Below are positions 29,293 to 37,930 of a stretch of 64,000 nt of DNA, piece after piece (position 1 is the stretch's first letter; every line of letters begins with the position of its first letter). The notes under the pieces are model-generated. The model saw nothing but the letters and a program-made list of their open reading frames with translations, was not told where the DNA came from and searched no databases. A program made the position numbers and the translations under genes. The stretch spans positions 9,779 to 73,778 of IMG/VR virus record IMGVR_UViG_3300042323_000705; one strand, given 5' to 3'. The DNA comes from a virus.

Positions 29293-29302
29293 TTAGTGCT
29301 CC

Positions 29303-29800
29303 TTAGTAAGGGTCATTCTCTGAGTTGTTTGGATCGATAACTTCGAAGTTATCTGTTAGCTCAAATTCATCGTCGTCTCCACGAGCTTCGAACTTGATTA
29401 GCTTAGTAACTTGGATACCTTTTAGTGTACGACCAGACTTATCTTCTTTCGTAAAGAAGCTAACGTTAGCAATTGAGCCATTGCCAACAGTGTTTGGATC
29501 TAGCTGAGTACCATCAGCAAGAATAACGTTGACTGGTTTGTTTGGTTTTGTTAGATCTTCATTACCGTCTGGACCAGAACCATAAGCATAGCGAGAGATA
29601 CTGGTTTTGTAGATAACTTTATCATCTACTTCCATAGGAGAAAACTTGAAACCATAATCCTTTTCATAAGCCTCTTTTACCTTCTTGTCACGTACACGAA
29701 GTTGAATCGAGAACTTAGCTGGACCTTTGCCTTGATAACGCTCAGGTTTTGCAGGATCACACTTTACCCAGTGAATTTCAACGTTGTTAATAATAGCCAT
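29303..29800 (-). CDS. Single-stranded DNA-binding protein (T7 gp2.5-like)
   Basis: VGNGSIANV, LKGIQVTKL, acidic tail ending in an aromatic residue; first gene after a phage promoter. Confidence 0.8.
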   Translation of the reverse strand: MAIINNVEIHWVKCDPAKPERYQGKGPAKFSIQLRVRDKKVKEAYEKDYGFKFSPMEVDDKVIYKTSISRYAYGSGPDGNEDLTKPNKPVNVILADGTQLDPNTVGNGSIANVSFFTKEDKSGRTLKGIQVTKLIKFEARGDDDEFELTDNFEVIDPNNSENDPY

Positions 29801-29862
29801 TAGACATTTCCTTTTTCTTATTTTTATACATAGTTAGACAAACAAAAAGCGGTTTTTCAGCT

Positions 29863-29885
29863 TTCTGCTTTAACGTTAAGAGGTG
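29863..29885 (-). promoter_or_regulatory. Phage RNAP promoter (replication operon)
   Basis: CACCTCTTAACGTTAAA-GCAGAA immediately after the RNAP stop codon. Confidence 0.85.
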
Positions 29886-29886
29886 G

Positions 29887-32067
29887 TTAACAGAAGCAAA
29901 AATCAGACTCAAGAACTTTCTTGATATCAAGATTTCCCCGTTTAGGTAACATTGAAGCACAACCTAACTGAGTTAGAACGTGCTTTAGTGGATCAGCTTC
30001 GTATAGCTCTACAAACTTTTCACGAACTAAAGTAAAAAGTTTTCCCATAGAGCCAGCAGTAGTACCCCAAGAGTCGTGGATAGCAGCTACATCAAAGCTA
30101 GCAGCATGCACTACCATAGACATGTGCACAGCATCAAGACTGTGAACAATGTTTGGAGAGGCACCGAGTTTCTGGGAGTCTTTGTCTAGAGTAGACTCTT
30201 CCCAGTTTTCAACTACAACATGAAAACGAGCATCACCATAAGATAACCAAGTACGGTTACTTGTTGGTTGACGATAGTTTTGAACTACAGGGAAGTTAGT
30301 CACAGGTGACTTCCAAGCCATGTACTCATGTTTTTCATTATACTGGTCAGCAACTTGCTCGAACAACTTTAGAAGCCCACCGGGACCTTTTAAGTCTTCA
30401 TAACAAGCAGCATGTAACTCACGACCTAGCATAGACGCCCAGAGTTTTTCTTGACGACCAAGATACTCATTGATAGTGCGAGTATCATCCCAGACTTGTT
30501 GACCCATACCATAAGGTACAGCTCCATAGGCTGAAGTCATTGTAGGACGTTTGGTAATCTTTCGTCGAACTTTTAAGTCTTTGATACGATTCCAATAGAC
30601 GGGATAAAGAGCTTCTCGTAGTTTACGATTATTGTTTCTCCAGGTTTGAACTGAAGTATAGGCCAATGCTTTCCGTTCGGATCCAGCTGGTGCTTCATCA
30701 TACTCCTTTTGCAGACGCTCTGCTTCTTCAAGAACGTAGTCTAGTTGATTATAAATCACGCTAGGGATACGCATTTCTAGTTCTTCAAGTCGTTTCCAAA
30801 CTTTCTCAGCTACAAGAGCATACAGATCTCCTGGAACTTCACTAGGTACTAGGTTCACATAAGGGGCTAGCTCTTCATCTTTTGACATTGCTGTAAGATG
30901 CTGAGAACCATTGTTTGAACCGTCAATAAACAGAGGTAAGTGAGAAACAAACAACTCTTGTTCGTTACCTGCTTCACACCAAGTTTGTAGCAACTTCAGT
31001 TCCATGCAGAAAGCTAAGAAACTGAAGGGCTTATCTGCTTTCATCCAGCCAGTGTTCTGAGTAGGATCACTAGCATAAGACAGAAACAAGTCATAGTTCT
31101 GAAGGCAAAACTCTGCTCGGTCATCAAGAGAGCACTTGTCATTACCCCAAGTATTAGAACCATGAATCAGCATCCAATACAGACCCTCCTCACCAATAGG
31201 TTGCCCATTAGCAAAGAGTAAAAGAGACTTAGCGTTATCACTAGACTGCTCATGAAGGAAAGCAGTGTTAGGATACAGTCGGCCTCGAAAATCTGTATTG
31301 TAAAGATGGTAGAACACCTTGTCGATATTCTTTTTAGCTAATCGCTGAATAGAACTCAACTCGATGTAAAGACTCTCTTTTTTCTCGAAGTCCTTTTCTT
31401 GTTTGTATTTTAGAGGGTTTCCTTCCTCAGGTGCTTCCATGTAATACTCAATAACATCCAGAAGAGGCTTGTTGATTATCCAAGGAGTTGACCCGAGTTT
31501 GTTTAGAACATCAAATAACATCTGATGCTCTTCTTTGTTGATCTTACTAGTAATCTCAGGGCTAGACTTCTTGATGATAGAGTAGCCAAGAGGATGCATA
31601 GGTCCTGTCCAAGGTTCAGGAGGAGTATTGACTGGGAAAAGATCAATCTCTTCTTCAGTGTTTAACTCCTCCCAAAGCTCGAACAAGGCTTTCTTGTTTT
31701 TAACGCTAACAGTATAAGTAAGGTACTTAGAACGACGACCCTTCTTATCTGTCTTAACTAGTTTGTACTCTAAAAGGCCAATCTCAAAGAATGAGACTAG
31801 CACAAAGAAGCCAACATGGCAAGCTGCAGTACTGTTACGAGACAACCTTAGTTTTTGTCGTACTCTACGGCCTAGGGTAACTGCCAGATCAACCAACGTA
31901 GCTTTCCGCTCAACACCCTTAATGATGTGACCAAACGAGAACAAAATAATTCTACGTGCGTCTTCATCTTTAAGAAAGTGGGTGTATTGGTTTCTGTCAG
32001 CCCTAAGAGTAGCTTTACGAAAATTAAAATCGTCAATAAGTGCTTTTAAAATAGAGTTTTCTGACAA
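29887..32067 (-). CDS. T7-like single-subunit RNA polymerase (726 aa, short N-terminal domain)
   Basis: DFRGRLY, motif A DGSNNGSQH, motif B RKITKRPTMTSAYG, PNIVHSLDA, motif C IHDSW; TTG start with GAGG RBS. Confidence 0.96.
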   Translation of the reverse strand: MSENSILKALIDDFNFRKATLRADRNQYTHFLKDEDARRIILFSFGHIIKGVERKATLVDLAVTLGRRVRQKLRLSRNSTAACHVGFFVLVSFFEIGLLEYKLVKTDKKGRRSKYLTYTVSVKNKKALFELWEELNTEEEIDLFPVNTPPEPWTGPMHPLGYSIIKKSSPEITSKINKEEHQMLFDVLNKLGSTPWIINKPLLDVIEYYMEAPEEGNPLKYKQEKDFEKKESLYIELSSIQRLAKKNIDKVFYHLYNTDFRGRLYPNTAFLHEQSSDNAKSLLLFANGQPIGEEGLYWMLIHGSNTWGNDKCSLDDRAEFCLQNYDLFLSYASDPTQNTGWMKADKPFSFLAFCMELKLLQTWCEAGNEQELFVSHLPLFIDGSNNGSQHLTAMSKDEELAPYVNLVPSEVPGDLYALVAEKVWKRLEELEMRIPSVIYNQLDYVLEEAERLQKEYDEAPAGSERKALAYTSVQTWRNNNRKLREALYPVYWNRIKDLKVRRKITKRPTMTSAYGAVPYGMGQQVWDDTRTINEYLGRQEKLWASMLGRELHAACYEDLKGPGGLLKLFEQVADQYNEKHEYMAWKSPVTNFPVVQNYRQPTSNRTWLSYGDARFHVVVENWEESTLDKDSQKLGASPNIVHSLDAVHMSMVVHAASFDVAAIHDSWGTTAGSMGKLFTLVREKFVELYEADPLKHVLTQLGCASMLPKRGNLDIKKVLESDFCFC

Positions 32068-32401
32068 GAGTTTTCCTCTTTGTTTTATTATTTTTTAGGT
32101 GTTTCTTCTAGGATAAGTAGTCCACCATCCCAACCAGCCTTTTCGGCTGCTTCTAACACTAGATCTTCCTCTTTCACGCTTTCATAGGTATGTCCCCACT
32201 TTTTGTCGATATCTTGGACTAGTTTAGAGAAGGTAGCATCTTCGAGTTTCTTAGTCATCTAATATTACCCCTTCTTAGGTATTCACTTCCGTGCCTGTTT
32301 TAGGTAATCATAATTAGATCTGACTTACTGTTGTTTCTTTGCAATGAATTGTACAAGACAAAGCAAAAGAATAGCTGCAAGTAGATCCAAATTATTTCCT
32401 C

Positions 32402-32917
32402 TTATGGTAGGTCACACCAGTTTGGCTTTTCACCTGTTGACCAAGTAGGTGGTTTCTTGTCTTCTTTCCAACGATGGTTTAGATAAAGACGATAAGCTAG
32501 ATGTACGTCTTTTACATTCTTGTAGTTGATTCCTGCTCCTTCATTTGCAGCACAATTTTGAAAGGTCATTACATCGTTGTTAGGCAACCTCCAAAAGTTT
32601 GTAGTTAACCACTCTTTACACAAGTTGTAGTTAGTGTAGCACTTGTGATCTTTTTTACCTCGCAACTCTAGCAACCAACGAGTATGCTCTAGTAGCCAAG
32701 CAAAGTTTTGCCTACTAGCTTGAGTCCACAACCCACAAGGATGATTAGGATTGAAGTTTTTGTAGGTCTTTAACCCATGATCAGGATGCACAGTGTTGAT
32801 AGTAGTAGACAACAGCTGACAAGATTCAAGAATCATCTTGTTAGCTCGTAAGTCGTCTAGCCAAAGAGCGCAGAGCCTTGGACTAGAATGTGTAGCAAAG
32901 ATATTCATCGTTTCCAC
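32402..32917 (-). CDS. Pyrimidine-dimer DNA glycosylase (DenV-like family)
   Basis: MNIF...CALWLDDLRANKMILESCQLLST, NHPC, AYRLYL. Confidence 0.75.
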   Translation of the reverse strand: METMNIFATHSSPRLCALWLDDLRANKMILESCQLLSTTINTVHPDHGLKTYKNFNPNHPCGLWTQASRQNFAWLLEHTRWLLELRGKKDHKCYTNYNLCKEWLTTNFWRLPNNDVMTFQNCAANEGAGINYKNVKDVHLAYRLYLNHRWKEDKKPPTWSTGEKPNWCDLP

Positions 32918-33294
32918 TCATAAGCTTGATGTTCTTCGTTTACTGGACAAGGAGCACCTCCACCATAACGACCGTCAGGCACCTCATAAATCCAAGCCTT
33001 TACTTTTTCCTCAAAGAAATCAAGGATCTTTACGTCTCTGATCACACGAGTATAGAAGTGACCGTTGCTCTCAAGACGATCTAAAGCTCTCACGACTTCA
33101 TCAGAAGAAACGTCATATAACTCTCCTAGTAAGGGTAATCCATCATTGTAAGGCATAGCCTGTGGAAAACCCATGTGATAAACAGTGTAGTTACTTAGAG
33201 TTAACCCTTTACCTAAATACTTACAGTCTTTTAGAAGAATATGGTTACCTTGATTTTTCTTCAAAGTACCATACACAAAGAACAGGTTAGTCAT
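32905..33294 (-). CDS. Gamma-glutamylcyclotransferase (AIG2-like)
   Basis: FVYGTLK, GELY, LDRLE...FYTR motifs. Confidence 0.88.
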   Translation of the reverse strand: MTNLFFVYGTLKKNQGNHILLKDCKYLGKGLTLSNYTVYHMGFPQAMPYNDGLPLLGELYDVSSDEVVRALDRLESNGHFYTRVIRDVKILDFFEEKVKAWIYEVPDGRYGGGAPCPVNEEHQAYEWKR

Positions 33295-33616
33295 GAGGTA
33301 TCATCCTTAGTGAGATTAGCTTTGAGCCTTCTGGAATTACTTCTGGTTTTTCATCATACTTCACGTAATCGTTGATATCACGAATCAACAGATAGCACAG
33401 TTGCTTTTCTTTCTGAGCTGTTAAGCTTCGTTCATGCGCCATTAGCATACCTAGTGTAGTTTTGACAAGGTAAACGTTAGTCTCTCGAACATCACAGTAA
33501 TGTCTAGATACAATCTTACCTGTCCACTTTTGATGATGTTTACCACCTTCTACAAACACTCGTTTCAACCCAACAGGGTACACTTCTTGGCCTACTTTAA
33601 ACTTATACTTGGGCAT
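33287..33616 (-). CDS. Hypothetical protein
   Basis: 109 aa; KFKVGQEV start typical of small phage proteins. Confidence 0.6.
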   Translation of the reverse strand: MPKYKFKVGQEVYPVGLKRVFVEGGKHHQKWTGKIVSRHYCDVRETNVYLVKTTLGMLMAHERSLTAQKEKQLCYLLIRDINDYVKYDEKPEVIPEGSKLISLRMIPHD

Positions 33617-33923
33617 TGTTTTCCACCTCTACTTCGAAAGTGACTTGATAGTATAGTTCTTTTTCAGCTTCTGGTACTTGATAGTTTACAAACTCAACTT
33701 GCAACTCATTGGTTTCTAACAATTTAAGTGTTAGGTTTACTTTCTTTCTTACTTTTAGAACTAATTGTAGGTTTTCTAGTCGTACTACTTGATACCCAGC
33801 ACCGTGTCCAAACGGGCCTGTATAACTTACAGCTCCATACAGTTTCCCCTCTTCCATCCAGATAGATTTCAGCACTACAGGTCTATGCTGCCAGTAGTAA
33901 GTCTTGTTTAGCTCGTAACTCAT
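33603..33923 (-). CDS. Hypothetical protein
   Basis: 106 aa with AGGAG RBS. Confidence 0.6.
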   Translation of the reverse strand: MSYELNKTYYWQHRPVVLKSIWMEEGKLYGAVSYTGPFGHGAGYQVVRLENLQLVLKVRKKVNLTLKLLETNELQVEFVNYQVPEAEKELYYQVTFEVEVENNAQV

Positions 33924-33926
33924 AGC

Positions 33927-34502
33927 TTACTCCTTTGCAAGAACTAAGATGTTTTCTTTAAGATCCCAATTGTTACGAATAGTAGAGGATAGTTTGTTAA
34001 CTTGAAAACCAGTTACAAGTTTGAAACCCATGTTAACTAAGTGCGGTATACAAAAAGATCTTGTAGAATAGCCTCCATCTACAAAACTTACATACTCATA
34101 ATCTTTAGTGTAAATTTCTTTTTTAAATTGTTCTTTAGAAATACCTTTTCTATAACGATTGGTTTTTGATATCACGTTTACAATTAAAAGGTTATTGTCT
34201 AGGTTGGCCACTTTAGCTTCGATAGGTAGCTTACGTTTAACATCAGTGTCAGCTCCCCAAGAAGTAAAGTAAGGTAAATGTTTAGTAAAGAAAGCTACTT
34301 TTTTACTTTCAACAACCTTCAGCGAGAAATTATTATAAAACTCTCTCAGTTCTTTAAGCTCTTTAAGATCTTTGTAGTTCTTAATCATTAACGAGTTTGT
34401 ATTAGTTAGCTTGAAAAAAGATTGCAACACCTCTTCAGCATTATGTGTTTTGTTGTCTGCTTCAAGCAGGCTAGGTAGTCCAAGAGCGTTAGATTTTAGC
34501 AA
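33927..34502 (-). CDS. Hypothetical protein
   Basis: 191 aa, TTG start; its GAGGTG RBS overlaps the (+) promoter. Confidence 0.6.
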   Translation of the reverse strand: MLKSNALGLPSLLEADNKTHNAEEVLQSFFKLTNTNSLMIKNYKDLKELKELREFYNNFSLKVVESKKVAFFTKHLPYFTSWGADTDVKRKLPIEAKVANLDNNLLIVNVISKTNRYRKGISKEQFKKEIYTKDYEYVSFVDGGYSTRSFCIPHLVNMGFKLVTGFQVNKLSSTIRNNWDLKENILVLAKE

Positions 34503-34507
34503 GTTTT

Positions 34508-34530
34508 CACCTCTTTGCTATAAAGAAGAA
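34508..34530 (+). promoter_or_regulatory. Phage RNAP promoter (terminase small subunit island)
   Basis: CACCTCTTTGCTATAAA-GAAGAA followed by AAGGAG RBS and ATG at 34543. Confidence 0.85.
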
Positions 34531-34542
34531 AAGGAGAACCAT

Positions 34543-34782
34543 ATGAACTATTCCGACTATTTCGAAAATAAAGTAGCTGCTGCCCTTTCTAACAAGTTAA
34601 ACCTTATCATCGTAAAAACAAAGGCTGCTACTCAGCTTGACTTCATTTCTGAGACTATGTTACTAGACTCAATGAAGGAAGTTTGGTCAGTTATTGACTC
34701 ACTCGATCCTTATTCTGTAACTCTAACAGATAAGATTGTCACTGTAAAAGTTATGGACTATGGCCAAGAAAAAGTACAATAA
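34543..34782 (+). CDS. Hypothetical protein
   Basis: Start corrected to MNYSDYF on the basis of RBS and promoter. Confidence 0.65.
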   Translation: MNYSDYFENKVAAALSNKLNLIIVKTKAATQLDFISETMLLDSMKEVWSVIDSLDPYSVTLTDKIVTVKVMDYGQEKVQ

Positions 34783-35251
34783 GGCAAGACCTGGTCATTA
34801 CAAGCCAGGTTCTAACTTTGCTGGTTATAGGAAAGGTTATGAGCCTAAAACAGGCGAGTTTAGAGAACCTTTTAAAGCATACAAAGTCAACGAAAGGGCT
34901 ATCGCAATGCTAAAAGACTACGAAGAAGGCGGTGGCTTTAGAAAAGGCTCAGGAGCAAAGGCTCACAGAGCGGCTACCGACAAACTAAGAGATCTAGATT
35001 TTGATCCTCTCGAAGAGTTAGTTAAACAACTAGATGATATTGAAGAACTCCTAGCTAAAGAGCAAGGAATGACAAACCCAAGAATCATGGTTATTAACAA
35101 TCTTATTAACTGTAAAATGAGAATTCTTGAGAGCCTGCTGCCTTACCGGTATGGTAAAGCACCTACACTTACAGTAGAGTCGGCAGATATTCGAGAACCT
35201 ATTAAGATTGTATTAGAACATGATTTTACAACTAATTATCCGAAAACCTGA
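34760..35251 (+). CDS. Putative terminase small subunit
   Basis: Basic Gly-rich N-terminus, FDPLEELV helix, LLPYRYGK, C-terminal beta strand; pattern of TerS-like proteins. Confidence 0.6.
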   Translation: MAKKKYNKARPGHYKPGSNFAGYRKGYEPKTGEFREPFKAYKVNERAIAMLKDYEEGGGFRKGSGAKAHRAATDKLRDLDFDPLEELVKQLDDIEELLAKEQGMTNPRIMVINNLINCKMRILESLLPYRYGKAPTLTVESADIREPIKIVLEHDFTTNYPKT

Positions 35252-35471
35252 TCAAGAGTTGTCTGAGGCTATTCTTGTAGGCACTAGACATTCTGAAGAG
35301 GTTTGTATTGAGTCTATTAAACTGCTTCTAAATGACAAGATTACACCTTCTATTGCTAAACTTTGTTTTGGATTTTTTCCAGAAGGGTTTATAATAGAGG
35401 GAGTAGCTTATGGTCAACCAGAAGAAGAACCTATAGATGCTTACGACTTAGAACTAAAGGTACTGCATTGA
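35220..35471 (+). CDS. Hypothetical protein
   Basis: 83 aa in the (+) island. Confidence 0.55.
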   Translation: MILQLIIRKPDQELSEAILVGTRHSEEVCIESIKLLLNDKITPSIAKLCFGFFPEGFIIEGVAYGQPEEEPIDAYDLELKVLH

Positions 35472-35731
35472 TTGCTTATTATGAAATCCAATTAACTTGG
35501 TTATCGCCAAAAACTAAACGTCAAGAAATGGTGTTTGCACGTGATTTAACTCATGAACAGACAAACAGTCTTCTTGGTCGAATTTTCAACTATCAAGACT
35601 GGTCAGAATTAAAGTCTTTTATTGAACAACATGAGGGAGAAAAAATCTCTTACATTGTTAGCGGAGTAAGACGTTCTGCTAATACTTATGTTGTTCCAAT
35701 TATTGTGTCAGGAGTTAAAAATGCTAAATAA
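35468..35731 (+). CDS. Hypothetical protein
   Basis: TTG start overlapping the upstream TGA, preferred over 35363. Confidence 0.5.
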   Translation: MIAYYEIQLTWLSPKTKRQEMVFARDLTHEQTNSLLGRIFNYQDWSELKSFIEQHEGEKISYIVSGVRRSANTYVVPIIVSGVKNAK

Positions 35732-35858
35732 AGAAACACAAAAAGAAGTGCTTAAGCTAGAACCAAAGGATCCCTTTGAAGCTCTATATAAAGAACTTCT
35801 TAAAAAACCACAAGGCGACATTATGGTTGCTAGAATTAAAAAATTCTTAGAACTTTAA
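35721..35858 (+). CDS. Small hypothetical protein (45 aa)
   Basis: AGGAG RBS; MLNKETQKEVLKLEPKDPF...; ends before the terminator. Below the ORF-track cutoff. Confidence 0.6.
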   Translation: MLNKETQKEVLKLEPKDPFEALYKELLKKPQGDIMVARIKKFLEL

Positions 35859-35864
35859 GTAAAT

Positions 35865-35892
35865 CGGGGGGCCGCGAAGCCCCCCTTTTTTA
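35865..35892. terminator. Intrinsic terminator between convergent genes
   Basis: GGGGGGC CGCGAA GCCCCCC TTTTTT. Confidence 0.8.
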
Positions 35893-35893
35893 T

Positions 35894-36235
35894 TTACTCC
35901 ATAGGCTCGTAGGTCCAACCTAAGTCATAGAGATCTTTTTCAATCTCAGCATCTACATGCCCCTCACTACCTGAGCAGTAAAACTCCATATAGTCGCTTA
36001 TCCGGCTAGTACCGTGATGAAGTTCAGAGGTAACACCGCCAGCGGTTCGCCAACTGACTGCCCAAGGCTTTTGATCATTGTAAGCATAGCCTTCCTTTTT
36101 CCAGTAGTTGTTGCAGAGAGCTGCATAGAGTTTTTGAGCATATTCATAATGAGACGCTTTCTCCATCAACTCGCGTGATTGTTTAAACTCGTAGTCTAGC
36201 TCTGGGTAGGCTTGTTCAAGCATGATAGTACTCAT
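35894..36235 (-). CDS. Hypothetical protein
   Basis: 113 aa; YAQKLYAALCNN...SWRTAGG...FYCSGSEG. Confidence 0.65.
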   Translation of the reverse strand: MSTIMLEQAYPELDYEFKQSRELMEKASHYEYAQKLYAALCNNYWKKEGYAYNDQKPWAVSWRTAGGVTSELHHGTSRISDYMEFYCSGSEGHVDAEIEKDLYDLGWTYEPME

Positions 36236-36422
36236 ATCCTGGGACGGTTGCGTTGTAGTCTTTTTCTAACTTTTCTCTTTTGGCTTTTTCCAAAAGATAA
36301 GCTTCATAATAGTCACAGGTAACATTCTTCTTTAGCTCCTCATGTTCTTTCAAGAGTTGATCATACTTCTCTTGAAGTTCATCGAGTTGAGCTTGCTCTG
36401 AAGGTACACCCCACTTAGCCAT
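36216..36422 (-). CDS. Hypothetical coiled-coil protein
   Basis: 68 aa. Confidence 0.55.
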   Translation of the reverse strand: MAKWGVPSEQAQLDELQEKYDQLLKEHEELKKNVTCDYYEAYLLEKAKREKLEKDYNATVPGYEYYHA

Positions 36423-36730
36423 TAGTTACTCCATTTGTAGGTTGAGTTTTTAGTTTTGAAGACTACAATTACTGTACCGTCTTCTTCCTCTTCACGAGAC
36501 ACAATCTCAGTAACAGCAGTAGTCATCCACCAGTCTCGAGAAGAAAAACTACGAGCATAAGGTGTACCTACTTGCATACAGCAGCCTACTTTTGGTTCTG
36601 CATTGTATTTTACCCCTACAAGACTCTTCCCGTCTTCTCCAACTTCGTGAGCAGCAGACATAGGTCCGCTATCTCCCTTGTACTCATTATAAGACCCATC
36701 TGGGTTTAGAGCATACATCCAGTAAGCCAT
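36422..36730 (-). CDS. Hypothetical protein
   Basis: Start placed at MAYWMY after an AAGGA RBS. Confidence 0.6.
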   Translation of the reverse strand: MAYWMYALNPDGSYNEYKGDSGPMSAAHEVGEDGKSLVGVKYNAEPKVGCCMQVGTPYARSFSSRDWWMTTAVTEIVSREEEEDGTVIVVFKTKNSTYKWSN

Positions 36731-36732
36731 GG

Positions 36733-36900
36733 TTATTCCTTTTTGATATAGCCGGGACATCCAACACTAAAGTCGGATTGAGCGATAGGTAGCCCAAAGT
36801 CATGAGCTTCCTTTGCTAGACCTTTGTACATAAAACGACGACAAGTCGTGTTTGCACAGTCTGACTTGCAAAAAGTCATATCTTTGTAGCAAAGTGCCAT
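36733..36900 (-). CDS. Small Cys-rich protein (55 aa)
   Basis: MALCYKDMTFCKSDCANTTCRRF...GCPGY; hand-translated. Confidence 0.55.
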   Translation of the reverse strand: MALCYKDMTFCKSDCANTTCRRFMYKGLAKEAHDFGLPIAQSDFSVGCPGYIKKE

Positions 36901-37094
36901 TACTGTTTTGCTCCTCGCTTCATACGGTCTTCTTCTTTAAAGATCAACTCATCGATCTGCCAACGATTGATACCCATATCGAGTAGAGCTGCATCACTCA
37001 AAGAGTTTAGCGTCTTAATTGTCTCTCGATGTTTACGCCAAGTTACCATGTAACGCCAGTAACGAACAAACACATTCTCAGTTAGTAACTTCAT
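36900..37094 (-). CDS. DUF1127 (YjiS-like) protein
   Basis: WRKHRETIKTLNSLSDAALLDMGINRWQI matches the DUF1127 R..T..L..LSD..L.DIG..R..I pattern. Confidence 0.8.
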   Translation of the reverse strand: MKLLTENVFVRYWRYMVTWRKHRETIKTLNSLSDAALLDMGINRWQIDELIFKEEDRMKRGAKQ

Positions 37095-37311
37095 GATACA
37101 CCTTTTTGATTAGAGTTAGATCGGGTTCGCCATAGACACCTATCAAGCTTCCTGTAAGAGAGTGGCCAGTTACAAGATCCTCAAAGACTTCGTCAACAAG
37201 AAAGTAGTGCTCATCCCAACTGTCTAGTAAGACTCCATTCATAGTAGTAGGTTCACGGAAAGCTTCCTGAGAACTTTTAATAACTACAATGTCTCCGGAA
37301 TGAACTTTCAT
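37078..37311 (-). CDS. Hypothetical protein
   Basis: 77 aa. Confidence 0.55.
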   Translation of the reverse strand: MKVHSGDIVVIKSSQEAFREPTTMNGVLLDSWDEHYFLVDEVFEDLVTGHSLTGSLIGVYGEPDLTLIKKVYHEVTN

Positions 37312-37451
37312 CGACCTTGCCCTCGATAAGCTTTTGTTGCTCGACGTTTAGCTTTGTTCATTGAGCTTGTTTTCATAGCTCCTTGGTGAGTTGCCTGAGA
37401 AGTATGCTTATACTTGGGTTCAACTCGGCTTAGACCACCTTTTTTGCTCAT
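37308..37451 (-). CDS. Small basic protein (47 aa, ...YRGQGR)
   Basis: MSKKGGLSRVEPKYKHTSQATHQGAMKTSSMNKAKRRATKAYRGQGR; ATGA overlaps at both ends. Confidence 0.7.
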   Translation of the reverse strand: MSKKGGLSRVEPKYKHTSQATHQGAMKTSSMNKAKRRATKAYRGQGR

Positions 37452-37636
37452 TGTGCTTTATCCTTCTTGAAGATGTGAATTAGTACTAGAGGCAATCCTA
37501 CAAAGGCTACCAATGTAGTACCTAGGATAGACTTCAGCCCATCTTTGTGGATAGGTGACTGAGGTAAGCTGTAACTAGAGTAGAATACAGTAACAAGAAC
37601 ATTTAACACGATTAGTGCGGGTAGATAATCAAACAT
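37448..37636 (-). CDS. Small membrane protein
   Basis: Two hydrophobic segments. Confidence 0.55.
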   Translation of the reverse strand: MFDYLPALIVLNVLVTVFYSSYSLPQSPIHKDGLKSILGTTLVAFVGLPLVLIHIFKKDKAQ

Positions 37637-37919
37637 TATTCCATAGCCTTTTCTTTAGCCCCCGTGAGGGTAGCCATCTAACACAAACAAAAGTTTCTTT
37701 TTCTTCTTTAGGTTCTAGCTTAAAGGTTTTAAAGTTAGACTGAGGCATTTTTCTTTCAAACGTAACGAAAGAACCGATACCTCTTAGTACTGTGTTATTC
37801 CTTTCAACTAGACCCTCAGTAATTGTTTCGAAGATTACATCGATAGCTCCTTTTATGGTTTCTGCTTTCAAGTGAGGAAAGTCTTTTCTTAATTTTAAAT
37901 ATAAATCTGTTTTCGTCAA
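37629..37919 (-). CDS. IHF/HU-like DNA-binding protein
   Basis: MTKTDL...FPHL...IDVIFETITEGL...LRGIGSF, IHF-beta-like. Confidence 0.8.
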   Translation of the reverse strand: MTKTDLYLKLRKDFPHLKAETIKGAIDVIFETITEGLVERNNTVLRGIGSFVTFERKMPQSNFKTFKLEPKEEKETFVCVRWLPSRGLKKRLWNNV

Positions 37920-37930
37920 TAGGATATCCC

